From Eledone cirrhosa (Eukaryota): a DNA stretch of 64,000 nucleotides. The DNA lies in the NCBI GenBank assembly GCA_964016885.1, contig OZ024756.1, forward strand, positions 18,538,001 to 18,602,000, written 5' to 3'. This document shows, piece after piece, positions 29,740-45,626 of the stretch. The translations under genes and the position numbers were made by a program. Below the pieces are notes generated by a model. That model had not been told where the DNA came from, ran no database searches, and saw only the letters and a program-made list of their open reading frames with translations. Every line of letters starts with the position of its first letter. The stretch's first letter is position 1.

Positions 29740-30695
29740 GCAGTAGTAACAGCACCACCACCACCACCACCACCACCACCACCAGCAGGAGCAGTAGTCG
29801 TACTACCGTCACCATCATTAACACCAACAATAGCAGCAGTAGCAGCAGCAGCAGCACCAGCACCACCACCACCATCACCACCATCACCACCACCACTACT
29901 ACCACCACCATCACGACCACCAGTTCGACGACGTCGACGACGACGACCACCACCACTACCAACGCCACTACTACTACCACTACCACCACCAGCACCAGTA
30001 CGACCACCAGCACCACCACCAGCACCATCACCACCACCAGTACCACCACCACCACCACCACCACTACCCCTACCACCACCACCACCACCACTACCACCGC
30101 CACTACTACTACCACCACCATCACCACCACCAGTACGACGACCACCACCACCGCTACGACGACCACCACCACCACCGCTACGACCACCACCACCAGCACC
30201 ATCACCACCACCACCACTACCCCTACCACCACCACCACTACCCCTACCACCACCACCATCACCACCACCACCACCACTACTACCACCACCACTACTACCA
30301 CCACCACCACGACCACCAGTTCGACGACGACGACGACCACCACCACCACCACTACCACCGCCACCACCACCACCAGTACGACCACCACCACCAGCACCAG
30401 CACCATCACCACCACCAGTACCACCACCACTACCCCTACCACTACCACCACCACCACCACTACCACCGCCACCACCACCACCGCCACTACCACCGCCACT
30501 ACTGCTACCACCACCATCACCACCACCGCTACGACCACCACCACCACCACCACCAGCACCATCACCACCACCAGTACCACCACCACCACCACCACCACCA
30601 CCACCACCACCCCTACCACCACTACCACCACCATCACCACCATCACCACCACCACCACCACCACCACCACCACCACCACCACAACAACAACAACG
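29740..30695. repeat. (CAC/TAC/CAG/GAC)n trinucleotide low-complexity tract
   Basis: Seen directly. See the finding on a possible exon. Confidence 0.85.
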
Positions 30696-30904
30696 CAATG
30701 AAATCAATACAATTGACGTAGCTAAACGTAAATCAACAAAAACAAAAAAACAGGTAATCGATATCATATGAAGTCACCTCTAGAGATATTTGTATTAGAA
30801 TCTTCTAGATATATCGATCTTTACCAATATAACAACAGCTGTTGTTATTGACCTCCATTAGTTATTTAACGTTACCTACCGTTCGGTTCTTCACTGCGTC
30901 TGTA

Positions 30905-30924
30905 CTTGTGTGTATGTATGAGTG

Positions 30925-30955
<31 letters not shown>

Positions 30956-31319
30956 ATGTATATATGTATGTGTCAGTGTATATATATGTGTGTGTGTGTT
31001 TATATGTATGTCTGTGTATGTATGAGTATATATATATATATATGTGTTTATATGTATATGTATGTCTGTGTGTATGTATGAGTGTGTGTGTATATATATA
31101 TATATGTGTGTGTGTGTGTCTGTTTATATGTATATGTATGTATGTGTGAGTATATATATATATATATGTGTTTATATGTATATGTATGTCTGTGTGTATG
31201 TATGAGTGTGTGTGTATATATATATATATGTGTGTGTGTTTATATGTATGTCTGTGTATGTATGAGTATATATATATATGTGTGTTTATATGTATATGTA
31301 TGTCTGTGTGTATGTATGA

Positions 31320-31361
<42 letters not shown>

Positions 31362-31560
31362 ATGTTTATATGTATGTCTGTGTATGTATGAGTATATATA
31401 TATATATGTGTTTATATGTATATGTATGTCTGTGTGTATGTATGAGTGTGTGTGTATATATATATATATATGTGTGTATGTTTATATGTATGTCTGTGTA
31501 TGTATGAGTATATATATATATGTGTGTTTATATGTATATGTATGTCTGTGTGTATGTATG

Positions 31561-31605
<45 letters not shown>

Positions 31606-31685
31606 TTATATGTATGTCTGTGTATGTATGAGTATATATATATATATGTGTTTATATGTATATGTATGTCTGTGTGTATGTATGA

Positions 31686-31761
<76 letters not shown>

Positions 31762-33110
31762 TTACATGTATGTCTGTGTATGTATGAGTATATATATATA
31801 TGTGTTTATATGTATATGTATGTCTGTGTGTATGTATGAGTGTGTGTATATATATATATATATGTGTGTGTGTGTTTATATGTATGTATGTCTGTGTGTA
31901 TGTGTAAGTGTATATATGTGTGTGTGTGTTTATATGTATGTATGTCTGTGTGTATGTGTAAGTGTATATATATATGTGTGTGTTTATATGTATATATGTG
32001 TATGTGTGAGTGTATATATATATGTGTGTGTTTATATGTATATGTATGTGTGTGTGAGTGTATATGTGTGTGTTTATATGTATGTATGTGTGTGTGTATC
32101 TGTATATATGTATGTGCGTATGTGTATGAGTGTGTATGTGTGTGTACCTGTGTATGTGTGTGTATGTGTAAAGTATGTCTGTGTGTACATGTGTGTATAT
32201 GAGTGTATGTATGTATGTGTACGTGTGTGTGTATGTATATATGCGTGTGTATCTGTTTATATGTGTATCTAATGTATGTGTGTACATGTGTATGTAGTGT
32301 ATGAGTGTGTATATGTAATCTATGTGTGTGTATGTGTGTATATGCAATGTATGTGTGTGTATGTGTGTATATGTAATGTATGTGTGTGTATATGTAATGC
32401 ATGTGTGTTTACACAACAACACAGCAACACTAAAAACATCAGCACCAAAAAACATCAACACAACAACACCACCACAGCAAGAACAACACAACATAACATC
32501 AACAACATAACATAACATCAACAACACAACATAACATCAACAACACAACATAACATCAACAACATCAACATAACATCAACAACACAACATAACACCAACA
32601 ACAACATCAACAACATCAACATAACATCAACAACACAACATAACATCAACAACATAACATAACATCAACAACACAACATAACATCAACAACACAACATAA
32701 CATCAACAACACAACATAACATCAACAACATCAACATAACATCAACAACACAACATAACACCAACAACAACATCAACAACATCAACATAACATCAACAAC
32801 ACAAACATAACATCAACAACACAACATGCCATCAACAACACATAACATCAACAACATCAACATAACATCAACAACACAACATAACATCAACAACACAACA
32901 TAACATCAACAACACAACATAACATCAACAACATCAACATAACATCAACAACACAACATAACATCAACAACATCGACAAAACATCAACAACACAACATAA
33001 CAACATCAACATAACATAACAACAACAACACAACATAACATCAACAACAACATCAACACCAACACATCAACACCAACACAACAACAACAACAACTCCACA
33101 ACACAACAGA
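30905..33110. repeat. TG/TA compound minisatellite followed by (CAA/CAT/TAA) repeat
   Basis: Seen directly; the switch occurs at about 32410. Confidence 0.9.
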
Positions 33111-33739
33111 ATAACAATTTTGCATTGAACGATCAAACGAAGATGTGGTTGGGCCAATGAGGTTTAGGAAGAATTGAACATGTAGCTCTCCTGTTTAAAA
33201 GTCTAGAAAAGATCTTGGTCATTCTTCTAAGATTAATACATTCTTGCGATGCCAGTCTTCGGGTTGTATTCCAAACACTATTTCCAATTCTAGCAATGGA
33301 CGTGTTCCAAACTTTATCTCCACTTCAAAAACCATTTATTCAATTCTCTGGAATTCTTGCTAAACACTTATCTTTTCCAAGTATCCAACTGATCTCTGGA
33401 ACGAATGTCTACAGAGCTCTGTGAGTGGTTGAAAACGGTGGCGAATTGTAGCTTTAGTATATCTAGAATTAAAATAGAAATAAAAGCTACGCCGTCGGTT
33501 TTATTTTTTATTTTTTTAAAACATAGTCTAATAATTGTTTCTATTTTTGGCACAAGACCAGCAATTATCCCAGTGCATTACTGGTGCTTTATTTTATCGA
33601 CCCCGTAAGTATGAAAGGCAAAGTTAACCTCGGCAGGATTTGAACTCAGAATGCGAAGAGCTCTATACTGCAAAACATGGTGTCTGACGCTCTACCGATA
33701 CTGCCAATTCACTGCCCTAATCCACCGCCTCTATAGCAT

Positions 33740-33934
33740 GCGTATAAACCCACTGAGCGGAAAAAGATGGGTATCAGCATATGTGGGAGTCGAACCCACA
33801 CCTCTTGTGAGGAGAAGATGGAGTTGGTGGGGCCAGTAGAACGCGATGGGGCCCGGTAGGGCCTGGTGAGATGTGGGTTCGACTTCCACACGTGCTGGTA
33901 TCCATCTTTTTTTTCGTTTAGTGGGTTTATACGC
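33740..33934. mobile_element. Fold-back element with ~60-bp imperfect terminal inverted repeats
   Basis: GCGTATAAACCCACT..GTCGAACCCACA / TGTGGGTTCGAC..AGTGGGTTTATACGC. Confidence 0.7.
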
Positions 33935-34248
33935 CCCATTATTACACTATATTATTGTAAAAAATATTACGGCGTAGCTTCTATTTTAATTTAAAACTTC
34001 GCTCGCTGCGTTCCAAATATACTTCCTTTGTTTAGTATATCTGTTTTGTTTTTGTTTTATTACTTAGGTCTGAACGGGGTGGAGAGGCGGTGAACAGGCA
34101 GAGTCGTTAGAACGTCGGATAGAATACTTTGCGGTATTCGTTCCGGCTCTCTACGCTCTGTGAGATCAACTTTGCCTTTCATCCTTCCGCGGTCGATAAA
34201 AAAAGTACCAGTCAAATATTGGAGCCAGTTCTTCCTCTATATCCCCCC

Positions 34249-34348
<100 letters not shown>

Positions 34349-34492
34349 ACTCCATGGATTACGGGTCCATACATCCAAAGAGAGATGGGAGTTTGGCAGA
34401 ATCGGTTGAGCATCAGATGAAATGCTTTGCGGTATTCATTTGTTCCCGTTATTTACATTCTGAGTTCAAATCTCGCCGAAGTCAACTAGGCT

Positions 34493-34660
34493 TCTCAGGC
34501 CACCCGTGAAATATAGCCTTCCCCTTTTCATGTGGTAACAATCTCAGGCTAGCCGTGAAATATAGCCTTCCCCTTTTCATGTGGTAACAGTCTCAGGCTA
34601 GCCGTGAAATATAGCCTTCCCCTTTTCATGTGGTAACAGTCTCAGGCCAGCCGTGAAATA
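34493..34660. repeat. 49-bp tandem repeat, about 3.4 copies
   Basis: TCTCAGGC at 34493, 34542, 34591 and 34640. Confidence 0.9.
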
Positions 34661-35600
34661 TACGAGGGTCGGCAAAAAGTTCATGGGTTGACCAACACAC
34701 TCTCATAGAATGACCAAATGAGGTTTATTTTTCAACATAGTCCCTGGAAAGAAACAATGCAGTTATTAAGAAGAGATGAAACTATTGCATGCAAGATTTC
34801 ACAGCTCTAGCATCATTCCTTCATGGGTTGACCAAGATACTCTCATAGAATGACCAAATGAGGTTTATTTTTCAACATAGTCCCTGGAAAGAAACAATGC
34901 AGTTATTAAGAAGAGATGAAACTATTGCATGCAAGATTTCACAGCTCTAGCATCATTCCTTCATGGGTTGACCAAGATACTCTCATGGAATGACCAAATG
35001 AGGTTTATTTTTTCAACATAGTCCCTGGAAAGAATCAATGTAGTTATTAAGAAGAGATGAAACTATTGCATGCAAGATTTCACAGCTCTAGCATCATTCC
35101 TTCATGGGTTGACCAAGATACTCTCATGGAATGACCAAATGAGGTTTATTTTTTCAACATAGTCCCTGGAAAGAATCAATGTAGTTATTAAGAAGAGATG
35201 AAACTATTGCATGCAACATTTCACAGCTCTAGCATCATTCCTTCATGGGTTGACCAAGATACTCTCATAGAATGACCAAATGAGGTTTATTTTTCAACAT
35301 AGTCCCTGGAAAGAAACAATGCAGTTATTAAGAAGAGATGAAACTATTGCATGCAAGATTTCACAGCTCTAGCATCATTCCTTCATGGGTTGACCAAGAT
35401 ACTCTCATGGAATGACCAAATGAGGTTTATTTTTTCAACATAGTCCCTGGAAAGAATCAATGTAGTTATTAAGAAGAGATGAAACTATTGCATGCAAGAT
35501 TTCACAGCTCTAGCATCATTCCTTCATGGGTTGACCAAGATACTCTCATGGAATGACCAAATGAGGTTTATTTTTCAACATAGTCCCTGGAGAGAAACAA
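34661..35600 (+). repeat. 140-141-bp tandem array (about 6.5 units) grown from a mariner-like MITE
   Basis: Starts TA-CGAGGG (mariner-type terminus). TTCATGGGTTGACCAA recurs at about 34680, 34820, 34960, 35101, 35242, 35382 and 35523. Monomeric relative at 59584-59727. Confidence 0.85.
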
Positions 35601-36289
35601 TGCATTTATGAAGACGAAGAGATAAAATTAATGATTTGTACTAAAGGCAAAAGGCCAGCTATGTGGGGGAGGGGTAAGTCGATTAAATCGACCCTATTGC
35701 ATTACTGGTGCTTTATTTTATTGGAAATTAATGCGTGCAAGATTTCACAGCCCTAGCACCACTCCTTTATAGGCTGACCAAGTGGTATTAGGCTTAGGCC
35801 AGCTGTGAAAGTCCTCAAGTATTTTCAGTAATCAATTTAAAATTCACATGATTTACGTATGAGTTATGGAGATGTATGTGCAGTGTTCATGATGAAATGA
35901 CAAATAACCGAACAGATTAAAGAACTAGATCGATGTATATATATATATTATAAAAAAGTAATTCCTTACCAAAGAAACCCCGCCCCCATTCAGGTGTTGC
36001 CACACACAGGTGGAACGAAACCCCTGAAAATCTTCGGTCTATGCCACCAGGCCTCACCGGGCTTCACCGGCCACATCGACTCCCATATTCTCCTTCCTGT
36101 TATAGACAGAAAGTTGGCACGTATTCCAATATTTCACTCTGAAAATAGTCTGTGTTTTCGTTTGTGTTATAAATATATCAGATGTAAGAGAGAAGGCAGG
36201 AGGGCCGGGTGGGTGGGGGGTGGGTGGAAGAAATAGGTAACGTAACGCACTAGCAGATTTATACTTTGTCGTTGTTCAAACAAACACTT

Positions 36290-38385
36290 CCACCACCAAC
36301 ACCAACACCACCACTACCACTACCACCGCAACAACACCACCACCACTATCTCCAACACCACTACCACCGCCACCATTATCAACACCACCACCACCACCAC
36401 CACCACCATCAACAACAACACCACCGCCACAATCATCAACAACACCACCACCACCACCACCATCAACAACAACACCACCACCACCACCGCCACAATCATC
36501 AACACCACCACCATCATCAACACCACCACCACTACCATCGCCACAATCAACAACAACACCACCACCATCAACAACAACACCACCACTACCACCGCCACAA
36601 TCATCAACAACACCACCCCCACCACAACCATTAACAACACCACCACCACCACCACCACAACCATTAAAAACACCACCACCACCACCGCCACAATCATCAA
36701 CAACACCACCACCACCACCACCGCCACAATCATCAACACCACCACCACCATCATCATCAACACCACCACCACTACCACCACCACAATCAACAACAAAACC
36801 ACCACTACCACCGCCACAATCATCAACAACACCACCACCACCACCACAACCATCAACAACACCACCACCACCACCACCACCACCTCAACCATCATCAACA
36901 CCATCACCACCACTACCACCACAAGCATCATCAACAGCATCACCATCACTACCATCATCAACATCACCCCCACCATCAACATCATCACCACCACAACCAT
37001 CATCAACACCACTACCACTACAACCACCACCAACATCACCATCATCAACATCACCACCAACATCACCATCATCAACATCACCACCACCACTACCACCATC
37101 AACACCATCACCATCACTGCCACCACCACCTCCACCACTACCACCACCACCAACATCAACATCACCATCATCATCACCACCATCATCACTACCACCATCA
37201 ACATCACCCCCACCATCAACATCATCACTACCATCATCACCACAACCATCAACAACATCACCATCATCAACTCCACCACCACCACAACCATCAACAAAAA
37301 CATCACCATCACAACCATCACCAATCACCATCATCAACACCACCACCACAACCATCAACAAAAACATCACCATCACAACCATCACCAATCACCATCATCA
37401 ACACCACCACCACAACCATCAACAAAAACATCACCATCACAACCATCAACATCACCAATCACCATCATCAACACCACCACCACAACAACCATCAACAACA
37501 TTACCATTACCAACATCACCACCACCACTATCACCACCACCACTATCACCACCAACATCAACATCACTTCCATCATCAACACCATCCCCACCACCATTAA
37601 CATCACCGCCATCTCCACCACCGACACTCCCCCATTAACACCACCAATACCACCTCCATCGTCAACATCACCGCCACCACCACCACCAACACCACCACCA
37701 CCATCGACACTCCCCCCATTAACACCACCAATACCACCTTCACCGCCACCACCACCACCACCATCACCAACAGCCACCACCATCGACACTCCCCCATTAA
37801 CACCACCACCACCACCATCGACACTTCCCCATTAACACCACCAATACCACCTCCATCGTCAACATCACCGCCACCACCACCACCACCACCAACAGCGACC
37901 ACCACCAACAGCCGCCACCACCACCACCACCACCACCACCACTACCACCACCACCAACACCACCACCACCAACAGCGACCACCACCACCACCACCAACAG
38001 CGACCACCACCACCACCACCACCACCACCACCAACAGCGACCACCACCACCACCACCAACAGCGACCACCACCACCACCACCAACAGCCACCACCACCAC
38101 CACCACCACCACCACCACCACCACCACCAACACCACCACCACCAACAGCGACCACCACCACCACCACCACCACCAACAGCGACCACCACCACCACCACCA
38201 ACAGCCACCACCACCACCACCACCACCAACAGCCACCACCAACATCACCACCATCGACATTCCTCCATTAAAACCACCACCACAACCACCACCACCACCA
38301 TCGAGACTCCCCCATTAGCACCACCACCACCACCATCACCACCATCGACACTCCCCCATTAACACCACCACCACCACCACCACCG
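36290..38385. repeat. (CAC/CAT/CAA)n low-complexity tract
   Basis: Seen directly. Confidence 0.9.
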
Positions 38386-38942
38386 CTTCAGGGTCGTACC
38401 GACCTTTGTCACATCCCAAGGGTCTATCAGTATTGGCAATTCTTGTGATATATGAGCTATGTACACTACCACCATACGGCACACACACACATACACACAT
38501 ACACACACATATTCATACACACATATACATACATATATATACACACATATTCATACACACATATACATACATATATATACACACACATATCCATACACAC
38601 ATACATACATATACATACACACACATACATATACAGACACACATACATAGATACACACACACACACACTCACACATATATATATATATACACATAAACAC
38701 ACACATATATACATACACATACATACAGAGATATACATGCACACACACACACACACACATACACAGATTTATACACACACACATTCATACACACACACAC
38801 ATATATACATACACATACACATACACATACACACAGGGATATACACGCACACGCACATATTTATACACACATACATATACACATACATACACATACATAT
38901 ATAGTTAATCGATTATGTCACTTCAATATATTTATGTGGCAC

Positions 38943-40190
38943 TGTGCCAATATTGGTGGGGGTGGGGGTGTAAAGGAGGTAGGGGTGTGTGTGTGCCAAT
39001 ATTGGTGGGGGTGGGGGTGTAAAGGAGGTAGGGGTGTGTGTGTGCCAATATTGGTGGGGAGGGGGTGTAAAGGAGGGAGGGGGGTGTATGTGCCAATATT
39101 GGTGGGGGTGGGGGTGTAAAGGAGGTAGGGGTGTGTGTGTGTGCCAATATTGGTGGGGAGGGGGTGTAAAGGAGGGAGGGGGGTGTGTGTGCCAATAGTG
39201 GTGGGGGTGGGGGTGTAAAGGAGGTAGGGGTGTGTGTGTGCCAATAGTGGTGGGGAGGGGGTATAAAGGAGGGAGGTGGGTGTGTGTGCCAATAGTGGTG
39301 GGGTGGGGGTGTAAAGGAGGGAGGGGTGTGTGTGTGCCAATAGTGGTGGGGAGGGGGTATAAAGGAGGGAGGTGGGTGTGTGTGCCAATATTGGTGGGGG
39401 TGGGGGTGTAAAGGAGGGAGGGGGTGTGTGTGCCAATAGTGGTGGGGGTGGGGGTGTAAAGGAGGGAGGGGTGTGTGTGTGCCAATATTGGTGGGGGTGG
39501 GGGTGTAAAGGAGGGAGGGGTGTGTGTGTGCCAATAGTGGTGGGGTGGGGGTGTAAAGGAGGGAGGGGTGTGTGTGTGCCAATATTGGTGGGGGTGGGGG
39601 TGTAAAGGAGGGAGGGGGTGTGTGCCAATATTGGTGGGGGTGGGGGTGTAAAGGAGGGAGGTGGGGGTGTGTGTACCAATGGTGGTGGGGGTGGGGGTGT
39701 AAAGGAGGGAGGGGTGTGTGTGTGTACCAATAGTGGTGGGGGTGTAAAGGAGGGAGGTGTGTGTGTGTACCAATGGTGGTGGGGGTGGGGGTGTAAAGGA
39801 GGGAGGGGTGTGTGTGTGTGCCAATAGTGGTGGGGGTGGGGGTGTAAAGGAGGGAGGGGTGTGTGTGTACCAATGGTGGTGGGGGTGGGGGTGTAAAGGA
39901 GGGAGGGGTGTGTGTGTGTACCAATGGTGGTGGGGGTGGGGGTGTAAAGGAGGGAGGGGTGTGTGTGTACCAATGGTGGTGGGGGTGGGGGTGTAAAGGA
40001 GGGAGGGGTGTGTGTGTGTACCAATGGTGGTGGGGGTGGGGGTGTAAAGGAGGGAGGGGTGTGTGTGTACCAATGGTGGTGGGGGTGGGGGTGTAAAGGA
40101 GGGAGGGGTGTGTGTGTGTGTACCAATGGTGGTGGGGGTGGGGGTGTAAAGGAGGGAGGGGTGTGTGTGTACCAATGGTGGTGGGGTGGC
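38943..40190 (+). repeat. ~50-bp G-rich minisatellite, about 25 copies
   Basis: Unit CCAAT(A/G)(T/G)TGGTGGGGGTGGGGGTGTAAAGGAGGGAGGGG(TG)n. Confidence 0.95.
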
Positions 40191-40454
40191 GGTGGTGGGT
40201 GTGTGTGCGTGCCAATAGTGGTGTGGGGGTGTGGTGGTGTGGTGGTGTGGTGGTGTGCAGAAAATCGATATCTCTACAAGAAACCATCAACATCCTAAGA
40301 ACATTGTAAATATATCTCTGGCTCGATGCCAAGGTGGAAATTTTTGTCTTATTCCAACCCTTCTACCCCTTATATATATATATATATATAACACATCTAT
40401 ATATAACACATCTATATATAACATCTATATATATATAACACATATATATATATA

Positions 40455-40485
<31 letters not shown>

Positions 40486-40601
40486 ACACATATATATATA
40501 TATATAACACATCTATATATATAACACATATATATATATATATATAACACATCTATATATATAACACATATATATATATATATAACACATCTATATATAT
40601 A

Positions 40602-40633
<32 letters not shown>

Positions 40634-40710
40634 CACATCTATATATATAACACATATATATATATATATATAACACATCTATATATATAACACATATATA
40701 TATATATATA

Positions 40711-40752
<42 letters not shown>

Positions 40753-40776
40753 TATATATATATATATATATATATG

Positions 40777-40808
<32 letters not shown>

Positions 40809-41011
40809 TATATATATATATATAACACATCTATATATATAACACATATATATATATATAACACATATATATATATATATATATAACACATATATATATA
40901 TATAACATATATATATATATATAACACACATATATATATATATAATATATATATATATATAACACATATATATATATATATAACACACACATATATATAT
41001 ATATATATATA

Positions 41012-41049
<38 letters not shown>

Positions 41050-41096
41050 CACACATATATATATATATATATAACACACATATATATATATATATA

Positions 41097-41453
<357 letters not shown>

Positions 41454-41994
41454 AACACAGCTTAGCAACACAGCACAACACAACACTACGACAGACCAAC
41501 ACACGAACACACTAACACAACGCCATGTCACCTCACCACCACATCAACACACCACCACGTCACCACATCAATACACCACCACATCAACACATCACAACAC
41601 ACCGCCACACGAACACACGAACACACCACCACATCAACACACCAACACACCACCACATCAACACACCAACACACCACCACACCACAACACACCAACACAC
41701 CAACACATCAACACACCAACATACTACCACATCAACACACCACACACTACCACATCACAACACACCACCACGACCACACCATTATACCATCACAACAACA
41801 TGCCACTACATCAATACCACCCAACACACCACCACCATCAACACCACCAGCAGAGCACCATCACTACACCACCACCATCACTACACCACCACCATCACCA
41901 CACCACCACCACCACACCACCACATCATACCACTCCAGGTGTGTCAGAGAGAATAACTACGCAGCTAAGTCATAAACTACGTGTGATACAATAG

Positions 41995-44900
41995 AACCAC
42001 TACCACCACCATCACTAACAACACCACTACCACCAACACCACTACCACCACCACCATCACCATCAACAATAACAATAACAACAACGCCACTAGCACCACA
42101 ACCAGCACTACCACCACCACCACCACCACCATCAACAATAACACCACTAGCACCACAACCAGCACCACCACCACCACCATCAACAATAACAACAACGCCA
42201 CTAGCACCACAACCACCACCACTACTACCATCACCATCACCATCAACAATAACAACAACGCCACTAGCACCACAACCAGCACTACCACCACCACCACCAC
42301 CACCATCAACAATAACACCACTAGCACCACAACCAGCACCACCACCACCACCATCAACAATAACAACAACGCCACTAGCACCACAACCACCACCACTACT
42401 ACCATCACCATCACCATCAACAATAACAACAACGCCACTAGCACCACAACCAGCACTACCACCACCATCACCATCAACAATAACAATAACAACAACGCCA
42501 CTAGCACCACAACCACCACCACCACCACCACCATCAACAATAACAATAACAACAACACCACTAGCACCACAACCACCACTACCACCACCACCACCACCAT
42601 CAACAATAACACCACTAGCACCACAACCACCACTACCACCACCATCACCATCAACAATAACAATAACAACAACGCCACTAGCACCACAACCACCACTACC
42701 ACCACCACCACCACCACCATCAACAATAACACCACTAGCACCACAACCAGCACTACCACCACCACCACCATCAACAATAACAATAACAACAACACCACTA
42801 GCACCACAACCAGCACCACCACCACCACCACCATCAACAATAACAACAACACCACTAGCACCACAACCACCACTACCACCACCACCACCACCATCAACAA
42901 TAACACCACTAGCACCACAACCAGCACTACCACCACCACCACCATCAACAATAACAATAACAACAACACCACTAGCACCACAACCAGCACTACCACCACC
43001 ACCACCATCAACAATAACAATAACAACAACACCACTAGCACCACAACCAGCACCACCACCACCACCACCATCAACAATAACAACAACACCACTAGCACCA
43101 CAACCACCACTACCACCACCACCACCACCATCAACAATAACACCACTAGCACCACAACCAGCACTACCACCACCACCACCATCAACAATAACAATAACAA
43201 CAACGCCACTAGCACCACAACCAGCACTACCACCACCACCACCATCAACAATAACAATAACAACAACGCCACTAGCACCACAACCAGCACTACCACCACC
43301 ATCACCATCAACAATAACAATAACAACAACGCCACTAGCACCACAACCAGCACTACCACCACCACCACCATCAACAATAACAATAACAACAACACCACTA
43401 GCACCACAACCAGCACTACCACCACCACCACCACCATCAACAATAACACCACTAGCACCACAACCAGCACTACCACCACCACCACCATCAACAATAACAA
43501 TAACAACAACACCACTAGCACCACAACCAGCACTACCACTACCACCATCACCATCACCATCAACAATAACAACAACGCCACTAGCACCACAACCACCACC
43601 ACCACCACCACCACCACCATCAACAATAACACCACTAGCACCACAACCAGCACTACCACCACCACCATTAACAATAACACCACTAGCACCACAACCAGCA
43701 CTACCACCACCACCATTAACAATAACACCACTAGCACCACAACCAGCACTACCACCACCACCATTAACAATAACACCACTAGCACCACAACCAGCACTAC
43801 CACCACCACCACCATTAACAATAACAATAACAACAACGCCACTAGCACCACAACCAGCACTACCACCACCACCATTAACAATAACACCACTAGCACCACA
43901 ACCAGCACTACCACCACCACCATTAACAATAACACCACTAGCACCACAACCAGCACTACCACCATCACCATCAACAATAACAATAACAACAACGCCACTA
44001 GCACCACAACCAACACTACCACCACCACCACCACCATCAACAATAACAATAACAACAACACCACTAGCACCACAACCAGCACTACCACCATCACCATCAC
44101 CATCAACAATAACAACAACGCCACTAGCACCACAACCAGCACTACCACCACCACCACCACCACCATCAACAATAACAATAACAACAACGCCACTAGCACC
44201 ACAACCAGCACTACCACCACCACCACCACCATCAACAATAACAATAACAACAACACCACTAGCACCACAACCAGCACTAACACCACCACCATCAACAATA
44301 ACAACAACACCATTAGCACCACAACCAGCACTACCACCACCACCATCAACACCACCAATAATAACAACGCCACCTCCACCAGCAACAGCAACAACACCAC
44401 CACGATCAACAATAACAACAACACTGGCACCCCAAACACTACCTCCACCACCACTATCACCACCACCTCCACCAACAGCAACAACAACACTGGCACCCCA
44501 ACCACTACCACCATCACCAACACCACTAGCACCACTAGCACGATCACCACCACCACCACCACCACCAACAACAACAACAATACCATCACTATCAACAATA
44601 GCAACACCACTAGCACCACCACCACCACCAGCAGCATCACCTCCATCACCACCACCACCACCAGCACCACCACTAGCACCACTAGCACCACCACCACCAA
44701 CACCACCACCATCAAAACCACCATCACCACCACCACCACCAACACCACCACCAACACCACCACCTCCACCACCACCAACACCACCAACACCACCACCAAC
44801 TCCACTACCACCTCCACCACCACCACCAACACCACCACCATCACCACCACCACCACCACCACCATCACCACCAACTCCACCACCACCACTACAACAACCA

Positions 44901-45275
44901 CTACCACTACCACCACCACCACCACCACCAGCATCACCTCCATCACCACCTCCACCACCAGCACCACCTCTAGCACCACTAGCACCATCACCACCAACAC
45001 CACCACCACCACCACCATCAGCACCAACACCACCACCAACACCACCATCACCACCACCACCATCACCACCACCATCATCACCACCACCACGACCACCAAC
45101 ACCACCACCATCACCACCACCACCACCACCACCACCACCACCACCACCACCACCACCACCACCAGTACGACGACCACCACCACCACCAGTACGACGACGA
45201 CGACCACCACCACCACCACCACCACCACCACCACCACCAGTACCACCACCATACCACCACCACCACTACCGACAA
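41995..45275. repeat. Trinucleotide-based higher-order minisatellite (CCACTAGCACCACAACCAGCACTA(CCA)n..(ACAATA)n)
   Basis: Regular units to about 44350, then irregular (CAC)n. Confidence 0.9.
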
Positions 45276-45564
45276 CAGTCAACTAATTCTATGTTGTACC
45301 AGATGTTAGCTGGAATGAAACATTGCAGAAACGCAACAGACACACAGACACATAAATGCATTAACACACACGCACACCCTCTACCTATACATACACGTGT
45401 CTGTGTGTTTATGTGTATGTGCGTTTGTCTCTGTCTGTCTCTGTCTGTGTGTCTGTCTGTCTATCTGCCTGTGTATGTTGCTCTGTCTGTCTCTCTCTGT
45501 TTCTCCCTTTCTTTCTCTCGATCTCTCTTTCTCCCCTCTCTGTCTCCCTCCCCCTCTCTCTCTC

Positions 45565-45626
<62 letters not shown>

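Noticed and set aside
41995-45283. Mucin-like Thr/Ser/Asn frame on + and 1101-aa poly-Val/Leu ORF on -
   Set aside because: A trinucleotide-based minisatellite is stop-free in some frames by construction. No start, signal peptide or clear splice context was seen. RNA-seq would be needed to revive it.
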